Part shown: one piece after another, positions 11,216-21,547 of the stretch
Layout of the letters: the number at the start of each line of letters is the position of its first letter
Numbering within the stretch: position 1 is the stretch's first letter
Assembly: GCA_045611785.1 (NCBI GenBank)
Contig: JAZKXV010000028.1
Location: 4,061 to 68,060 of the forward strand
From: Alphaproteobacteria bacterium
GTDB lineage: Bacteria > Pseudomonadota > Alphaproteobacteria > RF32 > CAG-239
DNA: 64,000 nucleotides
Reading direction: 5' to 3'
The notes under the pieces: generated by a model
What the model was told of the DNA's origin: nothing
What the model saw: only the letters and a program-made list of their open reading frames with translations
Database searches by the model: none
Translations under genes and position numbers: made by a program

Positions 11216-11947
11216 ATGAACAATAAAGTGGCAGCTATTATTTTAGGAGCAGGAAAAGGAACACGTATGAAATCTGATCTTCCAAAGGTTATGATGCCTG
11301 TATGCGGAAAATCTATGATTAAGCACATTATAGATACCCTTGAAGAAATGAAAGTAGATGAAATTGTAACAGTTATTGCTCCGGACGGAGATATTGTAAA
11401 ACAAGAAGTTGCACCTTATAAAACATGTGTACAAGATAAACAATTAGGTACAGGACATGCTGTTAATTGCGCAGCTTCTTTATTAAAAGGTTTTGATGGT
11501 CCTGTTATGGTAATTTTTGGAGATACACCAATTATTAAAAAAGAAACTTTTGAAAGATCAATCAATAAAGTTAGAGAAGGTTACGGCGTTGTTGTATTAG
11601 GATTTAAACCTGAAGATCCTGCTCGTTACGGTCGTTTAAAAATGAATGGTAGTGTTTTAGAGCGAATCGTTGAATATAAAGACGCAACAGATGAAGAAAG
11701 AAAAATTAATTTTTGTAATTCAGGCTTTATGGCGTTTGATGGCAAAGTTTTGTTTGATATTCTTGCTAAAATAGGTAATGAAAATGCTGCCGGTGAATAT
11801 TATCTTACAGATGCTGTTGCCGTTGCTTCTGAACTTGGCTTAAAATGTACAGCTTTTGAAGGTGATGCCGAAGAAGTTGCAAGTGCTAATACTTTAGAAG
11901 AGCTTGCTTTATTGGAAACATATTTAAAGAAAAGAGAAAATGTTTAA
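11216..11947 (+). CDS. sugar-phosphate nucleotidyltransferase; stand-alone GlmU-like uridylyltransferase domain without the acetyltransferase beta-helix
   Basis: LGAGKGTRMKS motif and GEYYLTD motif as in the GlmU N-terminal domain. Only 243 aa. AAGGAG Shine-Dalgarno. Confidence 0.6.
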   Translation: MNNKVAAIILGAGKGTRMKSDLPKVMMPVCGKSMIKHIIDTLEEMKVDEIVTVIAPDGDIVKQEVAPYKTCVQDKQLGTGHAVNCAASLLKGFDGPVMVIFGDTPIIKKETFERSINKVREGYGVVVLGFKPEDPARYGRLKMNGSVLERIVEYKDATDEERKINFCNSGFMAFDGKVLFDILAKIGNENAAGEYYLTDAVAVASELGLKCTAFEGDAEEVASANTLEELALLETYLKKRENV

Positions 11948-12473
11948 TTTTATTAAGAAATATTGGTTTGTTATCATAATATCACTGTTTATATTTTTGT
12001 ATTTAACGGTGTTCTTTAGTGTTATGTTTTCACCTAAAGAAGATAAATTTGATAGAGGTTTTATCAAATGCACTAAAGAAACAGCAACGAGCATTATTAG
12101 TAATAAAAATAAAAGCTCATTTAAACTTGCCGGTATTATAATAGAAAACACCTATTGTGATATTAAAGTTATGGCAAAGGGTTTATCTGATTGGTTTAAG
12201 GGTGAGCAAAAATATCCGTGGTCAAATTATTTATTTGACCCTGTTATTGAAGAGCCTGAAAAAATTTCAGATGAAGAACTTTTGAACTTTTATGAAGAAA
12301 ATCCTGATTTGGAAAAAGAAATGGAAGTTCTTAATGCTAAAAGACAAGAACTTGAAGAGCGTATGCTTGAGCAAGAGCTTGAGGAAGAAAGCAAAATTAT
12401 GAAACCTTTTGATATTGAAATAACAGATGATAATGAAGATAAGGAAGAAGATAATGAAGATAAACAACAATAA
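11940..12473 (+). CDS. small membrane protein with a highly acidic C-terminal tail
   Basis: N-terminal TM helix. C-terminus EELEERMLEQELEEESK...DDNEDKEEDNEDKQQ. Confidence 0.45.
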   Translation: MFNFIKKYWFVIIISLFIFLYLTVFFSVMFSPKEDKFDRGFIKCTKETATSIISNKNKSSFKLAGIIIENTYCDIKVMAKGLSDWFKGEQKYPWSNYLFDPVIEEPEKISDEELLNFYEENPDLEKEMEVLNAKRQELEERMLEQELEEESKIMKPFDIEITDDNEDKEEDNEDKQQ

Positions 12474-14256
12474 TCTTGTAAACGATTTACCAGCATGGGA
12501 TTTATCAGATTTTTATGAAAGTATTCACTCTGAGCAAATTGAAAAAGATTTAGAAAAATATCGTAAAAGTGCTAAATCTTTTGCCCGTAAATATAAAGGA
12601 CAATTAGCATCATTATCTTCAGAAGAGTTTTTAAAACTTTTACAAGATTGTGAAAAAAGAAATAAACTAGCTTCTCGTTTGGGTGGTTTTGCATATCTAA
12701 ATATGGCAACTCAGATGAAAAATCAGGAGGCAATGTCTTTTTATCAAAATATTTCTGAAAAATTAACCGAATATTATAAACCTTTAGTGTTTTTTTCGCT
12801 AGAATTAAATCAGCTACCTGAAGCTAAAATAAAACAATGGCTTAAAAATAAAAAAGTGGCATTTTATAAGCCTTTTATCAACAGAGTTCGTAAATATAAA
12901 AAATATGAATTAAGCGAGCCGGTTGAAGAAATATTACTTGAAAAATCAGTTACATCTTCAGAAGCTTGGGTCAGACTTTATGAAGAAACATCTTCAAGAT
13001 TGGTTTATGAATTAGATGGTAAAAAATATAACGATGCCGAAATTTCAAAACTTTTGTTAGATAAAGATATCAATATCAGACATAAGGCAGGAGAAGAAAT
13101 TAACAGAGTTTCTAAGGTAAACGCTCCTTTGTTTTCTCTGATTTATAATATGATTATGAAAGATAAATCTATAGAAGATGAAAAAAGAGGCTTTAGCAAA
13201 CCAGTAAGTGCTCGTAATTTAGCAGAAGAAGTTGATGATACAATGGTTGAGGCTTTAGCACAAACGGTTAAAAACAACTATAAAAATATTGCACATCGCT
13301 TTTATAAATTAAAGGCAAAATGGTTAGGTGTAGATAAATTAAGTTATTGGGATAGAAATGCACCCTTGCCGTTTTCGGCTGATATTACATATTCTTGGAA
13401 AGAAGCTGTAGATACAGTACTTAAAGGATATTATGGTTTTTCTGAAAAACTTGGAAAAATTGCGCAAGAATTTTTTGATAACGCATGGATAGATGTTCCT
13501 CCTCGTGACGGTAAAAGAAGTGGTGCTTTTTGCAGCGCACCTATTGCAAGCGAGCATCCATATTTGTTTTTAAACTTTGCCGGTAAGCAAAATGATGTTT
13601 TAACTCTTGCTCATGAATTAGGTCACGGTTGTCATCATCAGCTCAGAGTTAATAATGGTGATTTAAATGAGCGTTCTCGCATGACAACAGAAGAAGTTGC
13701 TTCAGTTTTTGGTGAGATGTTGGTGTTCCAAAATATGCTTTCTTCTATAGATGATGATAAAGCAAAATTATGTTTAATTGCTTCAAAAGTTGGAGATATG
13801 ATTAACACGGCAATCAGACAAATATCTTTTCATTTCTTTGAAACAAGAGCTCACAATGAGCGTAAAAAAGGTGAAGTTTCTGAAGACAGATTGTGCCAAA
13901 TATGGCTTGAAGAAATGAAAGACAGCTTAGGAGAATATGTTGAAGTAAATGAAAATTGTAAATATATATGGTCTAATGTCGGTCATTTTTACTTCTTACC
14001 ATTTTATGTATACGCTTATTCTTTTGCCGATTGTTTGGTTAATTCTCTTTATCAGGTAAACACAGAAAATAAAGTAGAAAATTTTGCAGACAAATATTTA
14101 GATTTATTATCTAAAACAGCTATAGGTGAATATGAAGAAATATTAAAACCTTTCGGATTAAATCCTAAAAATGCTGATTTTTGGCAAAAGGGGCTTGATT
14201 TGATATCATCATATATTGATAAACTTGAAGAACTAGATAAAAAATTAATAATATAA
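12454..14256 (+). CDS. pepF: oligoendopeptidase F (M3 family zinc metallopeptidase)
   Basis: HEXXH zinc site HELGHGCHH and M3B family length. The start is chosen at the ATG with a GGAAG Shine-Dalgarno; the longer ORF from 12427 is also possible. Confidence 0.75.
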   Translation: MKINNNNLVNDLPAWDLSDFYESIHSEQIEKDLEKYRKSAKSFARKYKGQLASLSSEEFLKLLQDCEKRNKLASRLGGFAYLNMATQMKNQEAMSFYQNISEKLTEYYKPLVFFSLELNQLPEAKIKQWLKNKKVAFYKPFINRVRKYKKYELSEPVEEILLEKSVTSSEAWVRLYEETSSRLVYELDGKKYNDAEISKLLLDKDINIRHKAGEEINRVSKVNAPLFSLIYNMIMKDKSIEDEKRGFSKPVSARNLAEEVDDTMVEALAQTVKNNYKNIAHRFYKLKAKWLGVDKLSYWDRNAPLPFSADITYSWKEAVDTVLKGYYGFSEKLGKIAQEFFDNAWIDVPPRDGKRSGAFCSAPIASEHPYLFLNFAGKQNDVLTLAHELGHGCHHQLRVNNGDLNERSRMTTEEVASVFGEMLVFQNMLSSIDDDKAKLCLIASKVGDMINTAIRQISFHFFETRAHNERKKGEVSEDRLCQIWLEEMKDSLGEYVEVNENCKYIWSNVGHFYFLPFYVYAYSFADCLVNSLYQVNTENKVENFADKYLDLLSKTAIGEYEEILKPFGLNPKNADFWQKGLDLISSYIDKLEELDKKLII

Positions 14257-14268
14257 AGGACTTGATTT

Positions 14269-15129
14269 ATGACTAACTTTCAACTTGCTATAGGTTTTTT
14301 ATTGACGTTTTGCATGGTATTACGTCCTATTTTATATAAACCGGCAGCACAATTTTTTAAAATTAACTTATCTGTATTGTTTACAAGTGTTTGGCTTTTG
14401 ATAGGTCTTGTTATTACGTTTCCTATCTTAGGACATTTGTTTACAGATAGAGCTGAAGAAGTTTTAACATCACCTTACCTTTTATTAAGTGTTATAAAAG
14501 GTGTAAGTTTATGGTTGTTAGTAAAATTACAACAAAGTATAAACAAAGAAAGCACTTCTTCATCAACATTTTATTTGTTCACAGCGATGGCTTTAGCTTC
14601 GTTGTTAAATAATATGTTTTTTCATGAAGGTTTGAAAGTTTTTCAACTTGTTTGTGTTTTAGGGTTTGGTGTGTTAGGTTGCGTATTTTTTATTTACGGC
14701 GATGCTAAACGTTTATCTCGCAAAAATAAAATAGCTTTTATTTTAGCAACCTTTATATGTGCATTGTTTGGTGTTGAAGACCACTTAGCTATACCCAGAA
14801 TAGGATGGTATCCTCATTTATTGGTTTCATCTATATTTATGTTTTTAATGTGCTTTTTTGATAAAATTTCAAAACAAGACATTATATCAGTGTTTAAAAA
14901 TAAAATATTGGTAAAAGCCGGTGTTTTTTACACTGTATCAGAATTTTTAATTATTTACGCATCAACAAATATTCTTCCGGTATCTTTTGTTGCTTTATTT
15001 ATGCGCTTAGCTACACCAATTGTGATGATTATATCTGCAATTAAATATAAAGAACAAACATTAAAAAACCAACTTGTTTTTGGGATAATTTCGTTGATGT
15101 TGGCTTTACCGTTAATATTAATAAAATAA
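14269..15129 (+). CDS. polytopic integral membrane protein (about 9-10 TM; possibly DMT/EamA-like)
   Basis: Hydrophobic throughout. AAGGA Shine-Dalgarno. Confidence 0.45.
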   Translation: MTNFQLAIGFLLTFCMVLRPILYKPAAQFFKINLSVLFTSVWLLIGLVITFPILGHLFTDRAEEVLTSPYLLLSVIKGVSLWLLVKLQQSINKESTSSSTFYLFTAMALASLLNNMFFHEGLKVFQLVCVLGFGVLGCVFFIYGDAKRLSRKNKIAFILATFICALFGVEDHLAIPRIGWYPHLLVSSIFMFLMCFFDKISKQDIISVFKNKILVKAGVFYTVSEFLIIYASTNILPVSFVALFMRLATPIVMIISAIKYKEQTLKNQLVFGIISLMLALPLILIK

Positions 15130-15142
15130 AGGAGAAAAAATT

Positions 15143-15679
15143 ATGGATTTGATGCAAGGACTTTTAACAAGACGCTCGGTTCGTCAATTTGATACTAGTA
15201 AAAAAGTTTCTAAACAAGATATAGAAGATGTAATCAGAGCAGCTTCTTATGCTCCATCAGCTCATAATAAGCAACCATGGGAGTTTTTGGTTCTTGAAGA
15301 TGTATCTGTTATGGATAAAGTAAGAGAGTTTCAACCTTGGACATCTTTTGCTAAAAATGCATCTTGTGTGGTAATTGTTTGTGCTAATACAGATGTGGCT
15401 TTTTATAATAAAGGCAATGATCCTTATTGGAGTTTTTCTGATATTGACTGTGCATTAGCAACCCATAACTTATTGCTTGCATGTCACTCTAAAGGTTTAG
15501 GTGCTTGCTATTGTGCTGCCTCTCCAATACCATCTATTGTGGCTGGTGCTAAAAGCTTGTTTAACTTGCCTGAAAATATAAAACCTGTGGCAATAGTTCC
15601 AATCGGTTATCCGTTAGAAGAGCCAAAGCAACCTGAAGACAGATATGTTCCTTCTAAAGTTCATTGGGGAAAATGGTAA
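15143..15679 (+). CDS. nitroreductase-family protein (FMN-dependent)
   Basis: LTRRSVRQF...APSAHNKQPWEF, typical nitroreductase N-terminus. AAGGAG Shine-Dalgarno. Confidence 0.75.
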   Translation: MDLMQGLLTRRSVRQFDTSKKVSKQDIEDVIRAASYAPSAHNKQPWEFLVLEDVSVMDKVREFQPWTSFAKNASCVVIVCANTDVAFYNKGNDPYWSFSDIDCALATHNLLLACHSKGLGACYCAASPIPSIVAGAKSLFNLPENIKPVAIVPIGYPLEEPKQPEDRYVPSKVHWGKW

Positions 15680-15685
15680 CATAAA

Positions 15686-15711
15686 AAAGCCCCTTATTGG
15701 GGCTTTTTTTT
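15686..15711. terminator. bidirectional intrinsic terminator
   Basis: AAAAGCCCC-TTATT-GGGGCTTTTTTTT between convergent genes. Confidence 0.75.
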
Positions 15712-16142
15712 CATTTAAATAGTTCATGTAGATACATACTGTGCGGAAATATAAAAATATGAATAAAGAGCCACACAACCGAAAAACATCTGGCAAACCA
15801 TACAATTTTGTTTTTTTGTTGATAAATCCACCAACCCAACATAACCATAAGGTTATCACAAATTAAACGATTACTCCAATGTTCTACACCTTGTAACCAA
15901 TAAGAAACAGTGTCTCCCCATAGGCCAACTTCTAAGTAGTGTTCTAAAGTTTCCCACATATATGAAAACATTAACGCCATTATAAAACTTATTTTAAGTC
16001 GTAGTTTTTCAGATACATTTTCGTTTTTACATAATTTTTTAGATAACCAATCAGTTAAGCAAGCAATAGAAATACCCATAATGATATGTTCTATTGACCA
16101 CACGTCAAAAGAAGCTTCTTCTTTTAGTCCCCAAAGTGTCAT
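15711..16142 (-). CDS. small hydrophobic membrane protein, co-transcribed with the upstream GT2 gene
   Basis: 3-nt gap to the GT2 gene. Three to four predicted TM helices. Confidence 0.4.
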   Translation of the reverse strand: MTLWGLKEEASFDVWSIEHIIMGISIACLTDWLSKKLCKNENVSEKLRLKISFIMALMFSYMWETLEHYLEVGLWGDTVSYWLQGVEHWSNRLICDNLMVMLGWWIYQQKNKIVWFARCFSVVWLFIHIFIFPHSMYLHELFK

Positions 16143-16145
16143 TTA

Positions 16146-16916
16146 TTAGTCCTTTTTGTTTAATGCTTGATATTCAAACCATTTGGCTATTTTCAAAAAG
16201 CGGAAGTTTGCTAAAGACATGGCTTGAATAAAACCTTGTGTGCCTAATAAACAATATTTCTTGAAAAAATAGTAGCGTAAAAACTGCCTTGGAAATTCAG
16301 TATATAAACGTAAGCGTGAAAATTTGCGTTTTTCAGCGACAGCTGTATTAACAAGCTCAGAACTGTGAAGATTATATTTAGCAGTTGTTTGTTCTAGGTT
16401 CAAAAAGCAATAATGGTGTATAGCGTGTTGAAGTTGACCAATTGGTTCGTTGTCGCAAACTTTTATTCTGTCTTTGTTGAATAAGTTTGGTGGCATGTGG
16501 GCAACTTTACGATTATACAATCTGACAACATTAAAGTTTTGTGCAAAATGTCGAGGAGTTTCATCTTGAGGAAACATGTTACAAATTTTAATGTTATAAG
16601 CATTATGTTTTGGTGTGTCTTTTTTGAGTTGTTTTATCTCTTTTATCAGATTGTCTGAAAGAACCTCATCTGCATCAACCAATAAAACCCAATCATTAGA
16701 ACATTTTTGCTCAGCAAAAGACTTTTGATCGCAGTAGCTTTTCCATTTATGAAAAACAAATTCAGCATTATATTTTTTAGCAATTTCTTCTGTTTTATCT
16801 GTGCTTCCGCTGTCAACAACAATTATTTCATCAGCAACTTGTGAAACTGCTTGTAATGTTTTTTCTAAACGAAGTTCTTCATTTAGTGTTACTATATATG
16901 CAGAAATTTTTATCAT
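16146..16916 (-). CDS. family 2 glycosyltransferase
   Basis: YIVTLNEE...VVDSGSTDKT...DAD motif region. Confidence 0.7.
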   Translation of the reverse strand: MIKISAYIVTLNEELRLEKTLQAVSQVADEIIVVDSGSTDKTEEIAKKYNAEFVFHKWKSYCDQKSFAEQKCSNDWVLLVDADEVLSDNLIKEIKQLKKDTPKHNAYNIKICNMFPQDETPRHFAQNFNVVRLYNRKVAHMPPNLFNKDRIKVCDNEPIGQLQHAIHHYCFLNLEQTTAKYNLHSSELVNTAVAEKRKFSRLRLYTEFPRQFLRYYFFKKYCLLGTQGFIQAMSLANFRFLKIAKWFEYQALNKKD

Positions 16917-16928
16917 TTTTTCCTCTTT

Positions 16929-16956
16929 AAAATTAAAAGCCTGAAATTATTTCAGG
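16929..16956. terminator. intrinsic terminator after fabI
   Basis: AAAGCCTGAAAT-TATTTCAGGCTTT palindrome. Confidence 0.65.
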
Positions 16957-16973
16957 CTTTTGATAGATATATT

Positions 16974-17804
16974 TTAAAAATCAGCTAAAGCTTTTGCCGT
17001 TTCGTGAACATTATCCATGCTCAACATTGCAATTTTGTTGTAGCCGTTGTCAACGTGTAAAACCTCTCCAGTGATAGCAATACCCAAAGGAGAAAGTAAA
17101 GCAAGTGTAGCTGCTCCAACTTCTTCTTGTGTAACGTTACGCATTAATGGAGCGTTTAATTCGTTCCAACGTAAAATTTTTCTGAAATCGCCAATTCCTG
17201 AAGCTGCTAATGTTTTGATAGGACCTGCTGAAATAGCATTAACTCTAACACCTTGTTTACCTAAATCAACAGCAGCATAACGAACAGATGCTTCTAATGC
17301 AGCTTTAGCTACACCCATAATGTTATAGTTTGGTAAAACTCTTTCAGCGCCTAAGTATGATAAAGTAACAATAGATCCGCCTTCGTTCATGATGTCAGAC
17401 GCACATCTACATGCTTCAATGAAAGAATAGCAAGAAATGTGCATTGTGTTTAAGAAGTTATCTAAAGTTGTATCAATTGTTCTGCCTTTTAATTGTTCTT
17501 TATCTGAAAAACCGATTGCGTGAACAACAAAGTCAATCTTACCCCATTTTTCGCCCAATTCTTTGAAGCAAGCTTCAACAGATGCAGAATCGCTAACATC
17601 ACATTTAATGAGCATAGGAGAATGGTCAAGCTGTTCTACCAAAGGTATAACTCTTTTCTCCAAAGCTTCATTTTGGTAAGAAATAGCAATTTGAGCACCA
17701 TGAGTGTTTAAGGCTTTAGCTATACCCCAAGCTATAGATCTGTCATTAGCAAGACCCATAATTAAACCTTTTTTTCCTTCCATTAAAGGAGTAATAGTAT
17801 TCAT
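16974..17804 (-). CDS. fabI: enoyl-[acyl-carrier-protein] reductase (NADH)
   Basis: GLANDRSIAWGIA N-terminus. Tyr/Lys catalytic region conserved. Confidence 0.9.
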   Translation of the reverse strand: MNTITPLMEGKKGLIMGLANDRSIAWGIAKALNTHGAQIAISYQNEALEKRVIPLVEQLDHSPMLIKCDVSDSASVEACFKELGEKWGKIDFVVHAIGFSDKEQLKGRTIDTTLDNFLNTMHISCYSFIEACRCASDIMNEGGSIVTLSYLGAERVLPNYNIMGVAKAALEASVRYAAVDLGKQGVRVNAISAGPIKTLAASGIGDFRKILRWNELNAPLMRNVTQEEVGAATLALLSPLGIAITGEVLHVDNGYNKIAMLSMDNVHETAKALADF

Positions 17805-17909
17805 GTTATATTTCCTTTGCGTTTAATAAAAAATTGATATAAAGTATCCTTAAATTGGTTTTTATCTAATTTATCTGATTTTGTAAACATTTTTTTGCGG
17901 ATTTATAGA

Positions 17910-18791
17910 ATGTATGGGAAAACTAAACTATTAGAATACACTGAAGTAGCGAAGAAATTTATTTATTTTTTGATAAAAAGAGCTCAGCATGATACAGTTT
18001 TAAGAGTGGCTTCATCTTTAAGTTATACCTCACTTATAGCGTTGGTACCTGTTTTAGCTATTGCTTTGGCTATATTTTCAGCCTTTCCGGTGTTTTCTGA
18101 ATTTAGGCAGCAAGTGCAAGATTTTATAATTAATAATATGGTTTTAGATGTTGGTACCGATATTAGTGCATATTTTAATGATTTTATTGATGCTACTGCA
18201 AAACTTACGACAATAGGTGTTATCGGTATTGTTTTAACCGCAATATTGCTTTTATCTACAATCGAAAATAGCTTTAATTTTATATTTAAAGTGAGCCGTC
18301 CTCGTCGCTTTACAACAAAAATTACACTATACTGGACAGTAATTACTTTGGGTCCTTTATTGTTAGGTGCTGCTTTTTCATTAAGAGGTTATGTTGCTTT
18401 TAATGTTGTGATGCAATCTATTCCTGAAATTCAGTTGTTTTTGGGCAGCGTTTTGCCTTTTGTTTTAACTTGGCTTGTTTTGGCAGGAGTTTATATTTTG
18501 GTACCTAATAAAAAAGTTGGATTTTTTAATGCTCTTATGGGTGCCTTTGTTGCAATGTTCTTGTTTTGGGCATTAAAAAACGGATTTTCATTATTTATGC
18601 TTAAAAACAATGTCTATAAAACACTTTATGGTGCTGTTGCAGTTGTACCATTGATGTTAATTTGGATGTATTTGTATTGGGCTGCCGTAATTTTTGGAGC
18701 AGTTGTAACAGCTGCAATACAGGAATATAAAGAATTAGATCGAAGAAATTTAAATAAAATTATTGCCGGAGGAAATCCTACTAAAAAATAA
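17910..18791 (+). CDS. YihY/BrkB-family membrane protein (formerly annotated as ribonuclease BN)
   Basis: SLSYTSLIALVPVLAIALAIFSAF. About six TM helices. The start is ambiguous: TTG at 17895 or ATG at 17910. Confidence 0.7.
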   Translation: MYGKTKLLEYTEVAKKFIYFLIKRAQHDTVLRVASSLSYTSLIALVPVLAIALAIFSAFPVFSEFRQQVQDFIINNMVLDVGTDISAYFNDFIDATAKLTTIGVIGIVLTAILLLSTIENSFNFIFKVSRPRRFTTKITLYWTVITLGPLLLGAAFSLRGYVAFNVVMQSIPEIQLFLGSVLPFVLTWLVLAGVYILVPNKKVGFFNALMGAFVAMFLFWALKNGFSLFMLKNNVYKTLYGAVAVVPLMLIWMYLYWAAVIFGAVVTAAIQEYKELDRRNLNKIIAGGNPTKK

Positions 18792-18869
18792 AAAAAGTTC
18801 TTGCAATTAGAACAAAAATAGAACATAAATAAAAAAGACAAATAACAAAACATGTGAAAGTGAGTTAAA

Positions 18870-19895
18870 ATGGAAAAAGATAAAGCGTTAGATGCGGCAC
18901 TAAGCCAAATAGAAAGAGCTTTTGGTAAAGGTTCAATTATGCGCCTTGGTCAAAGTACCAATATTGATATTGAAGCAATTTCGACCGGATCGCTTGGTAT
19001 AGATATTGCTCTTGGTATCGGTGGCTTGCCAAAGGGACGAATCATTGAAATATATGGTCCGGAAAGTTCAGGTAAAACAACTCTTGCATTAAGTGTTATT
19101 GCACAAGCTCAGAAAAAAGGTGGCGTTTGTGCGTTTGTTGATGCTGAACATGCTTTAGATCCTTCTTATGCTAAAAAAATTGGTGTAGATATTGATAACT
19201 TGCTCATTTCACAACCTGATGCCGGAGAGCAAGCTCTTGAAATTGCTGATACGTTGGTTCGTTCAGGTGCAATAGATGTTCTGGTTGTAGACTCTGTTGC
19301 TGCTCTTGTACCAAAGGCAGAATTAGAAGGAGAAATGGGAGATTCTCATATGGGCTTACAAGCTCGCTTAATGAGCCAAGCTCTTCGTAAACTTACATCA
19401 ACCGTTTCTCGTTCAAATACTTTAATCATCTTTATTAACCAAATTCGTATGAAGATTGGTGTTATGTTTGGTAACCCTGAAACAACAACCGGTGGTAATG
19501 CTTTAAAATTCTATGCTTCTGTTCGTATGGATATAAGAAGAATTGGCGCCATTAAAGATAAAGAAGATGTTATCGGTTCACAAACAAGAGTTAAAATTGT
19601 AAAGAACAAAGTTGCTCCTCCGTTTAAAACAGTTGACTTTGATATTATGTATGGTGAAGGAATTTCTAAAACGGGTGAGTTGATAGATTTAGGTGTTAAA
19701 GCCGGAATAGTTGATAAGTCTGGAGCATGGTTCTCTTATAAAGGTGATAAACTCGGACAAGGTCGTGAAAACGCTAAAATGTTTTTAAGAGATAACCCTG
19801 CAGTTGCAGAAGAAATTGAAAATAAAATCAGAGCAGAAGCAGGTCATTTAACTACTGAAATGATAGGTGATATTGACCCTATGCTTGAAGATTAA
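18870..19895 (+). CDS. recA: recombinase A
   Basis: GPESSGKTT Walker A. L1/L2 loops [32 protein letters not shown]. From memory, it strongly resembles alphaproteobacterial (Rickettsia-like) RecA. Confidence 0.95.
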   Translation: MEKDKALDAALSQIERAFGKGSIMRLGQSTNIDIEAISTGSLGIDIALGIGGLPKGRIIEIYGPESSGKTTLALSVIAQAQKKGGVCAFVDAEHALDPSYAKKIGVDIDNLLISQPDAGEQALEIADTLVRSGAIDVLVVDSVAALVPKAELEGEMGDSHMGLQARLMSQALRKLTSTVSRSNTLIIFINQIRMKIGVMFGNPETTTGGNALKFYASVRMDIRRIGAIKDKEDVIGSQTRVKIVKNKVAPPFKTVDFDIMYGEGISKTGELIDLGVKAGIVDKSGAWFSYKGDKLGQGRENAKMFLRDNPAVAEEIENKIRAEAGHLTTEMIGDIDPMLED

Positions 19896-19897
19896 TA

Positions 19898-19925
19898 AAA
19901 AGCCGGAACCGTCCGGCTTTTTTAG
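19898..19925 (+). terminator. intrinsic terminator after recA
   Basis: AAGCCGGA-ACCG-TCCGGCTT followed by TTTTT. Confidence 0.75.
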
Positions 19926-19980
19926 TGTATTCGGAAAATCCTCAGCTTAGCTGGGGATTTTCTTTTTTTATTTAATGCAC

Positions 19981-20016
19981 AAAAAACCACCGATGCAATC
20001 GGTGGTTCTTTTTTGA
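19981..20016. terminator. bidirectional intrinsic terminator (serves proS on the minus strand)
   Basis: AACCACCGAT-GCAA-TCGGTGGTT flanked by A and T runs. Confidence 0.7.
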
Positions 20017-20018
20017 GG

Positions 20019-21536
20019 TTAATATGTTCTGGCATAAATAACATCCATTGTAGCATCTTCTCCGGTTAATAAACATTTTCCTGTTGTGTTACTTTGTTCT
20101 AAAGGTATGCATCTGATAGTTATTTTTAATTCTTTTAACAACTCTTCAGTTTCTGCTTTTCCGCACCATTTTCCTTTAACAAAAGCAACTTTGCCTTCTT
20201 TTCCGTCTTCAATCCATTCGTTTGCATTTGAAAAATAAGCCTTAAATTCATCTACATTATTGATGTCTGTTTTAATGTTATCTTCCATACGCTTTTTAGC
20301 ATTGTTGAATAATTGTTTTTGAATATTTTCTATTCGATTTGTGATGGAATTAATAAATTCATCAGCTTTAACAAGTTCTTTACCTTCAGTAGTGTTTAGT
20401 TTTAAGCGTTCTCTAACCATTAATCCTTGGTTTTCAACATCCCTTAAACCAACTTCAACAATAACAGGCGCACCTTTTCTTGTCCATTCCCAGAATTTAT
20501 CAACGCTTTGTTTATTACGTTTATCTATTTTTACTCTGATTTTTTCGCCAAACGGAGTTTTAGTTTTAATTTCTTTTGCAATGTTGTTTATATAAGACAT
20601 TACAGTTTCTTCGTCTTGAGCTTTTTTAATAACCGGTACAAAAATAATCTGATAAGGAGCAATCATCGGAGGAACGACCATACCTTCGTCATCAGCGTGA
20701 GTCATGATAACACCACCGATTAAACGAGTTGAAACACCCCAAGAAGTTGTGTATGCAAATTCAGGTTTATTATCTTTATTTATGAAAGAAATGTTTGCAG
20801 ATTTTGCAAAGTTTTGACCTAAATAGTGAGAGGTACCTGCTTGAAGAGCTTTACCATCTTGCATCATTGCTTCAATACAATATGTGTCAATAGCTCCAGG
20901 GAATTTATCATATTCTGGTTTTTTACCAACAATTACAGGCATTGCTAAACAGTCTTCAGCTGTTTGACGATAAACTTCAAGCATTTGCTTGGTTTCTTCA
21001 ATAGCTTCTTCAGCAGATGAGTGAGCTGTATGTCCTTCTTGCCATAAAAATTCTCTTGTTCTTAAAAATAGGCGAGGGCGCATTTCCCAACGAACGACGT
21101 TTGCCCATTGGTTGATTAAAACCGGTAAATCGCGGTAAGATTTTACCCATTTAGAAAAAGAATCGGCAATAATTGTTTCACTTGTCGGACGAACAATTAA
21201 AGGTTCATCTAATTCTGAATCAGGCATTAATTGGCCATCTTGCATGCTTAAGCGAGAATGAGTTACTACAGCCATTTCTTTAGCAAAACCTTCAACGTGT
21301 TCAGCTTCTTTTCTGAAAAAAGAAATAGGAATAAACATAGGAAAATAAGCATTTTCGTGGTCTGTATCCTTAAATTTTACATCCATAATATCACGAATTC
21401 TTTCCCAAATTCCATAGCCCCATGGTTTGATTACCATGCAACCAGGAGAAACAGAATTTTCTGCCATATCTGCTTCAGATACAACGCATTGATACCATTT
21501 AGGATAATCGGTTTTTCTGTTAGTTTTTAGTGCCAT
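20019..21536 (-). CDS. proS: prolyl-tRNA synthetase, archaeal/eukaryote-like type with a C-terminal zinc domain
   Basis: Class II motifs. No bacterial INS editing domain. N-terminus YPKWYQCVV...MVIKPWGYGIWE and a C-terminal Cys-rich tail are typical of the archaeal-type enzyme. Confidence 0.85.
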   Translation of the reverse strand: MALKTNRKTDYPKWYQCVVSEADMAENSVSPGCMVIKPWGYGIWERIRDIMDVKFKDTDHENAYFPMFIPISFFRKEAEHVEGFAKEMAVVTHSRLSMQDGQLMPDSELDEPLIVRPTSETIIADSFSKWVKSYRDLPVLINQWANVVRWEMRPRLFLRTREFLWQEGHTAHSSAEEAIEETKQMLEVYRQTAEDCLAMPVIVGKKPEYDKFPGAIDTYCIEAMMQDGKALQAGTSHYLGQNFAKSANISFINKDNKPEFAYTTSWGVSTRLIGGVIMTHADDEGMVVPPMIAPYQIIFVPVIKKAQDEETVMSYINNIAKEIKTKTPFGEKIRVKIDKRNKQSVDKFWEWTRKGAPVIVEVGLRDVENQGLMVRERLKLNTTEGKELVKADEFINSITNRIENIQKQLFNNAKKRMEDNIKTDINNVDEFKAYFSNANEWIEDGKEGKVAFVKGKWCGKAETEELLKELKITIRCIPLEQSNTTGKCLLTGEDATMDVIYARTY

Positions 21537-21547
21537 GTTTTTCTTCC

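Noticed and set aside
12267-12496. Two minus-strand ORFs (67-68 aa) rich in Ser/Leu/Phe
   Set aside because: They are antisense to the acidic GAA/GAT-rich tail of the 11940-12473 gene and the pepF start. Low-complexity artefact.
15614-15859. 81-aa minus-strand ORF
   Set aside because: It spans the nitroreductase 3-prime end, the bidirectional terminator, and the start of the neighbouring gene in another frame.
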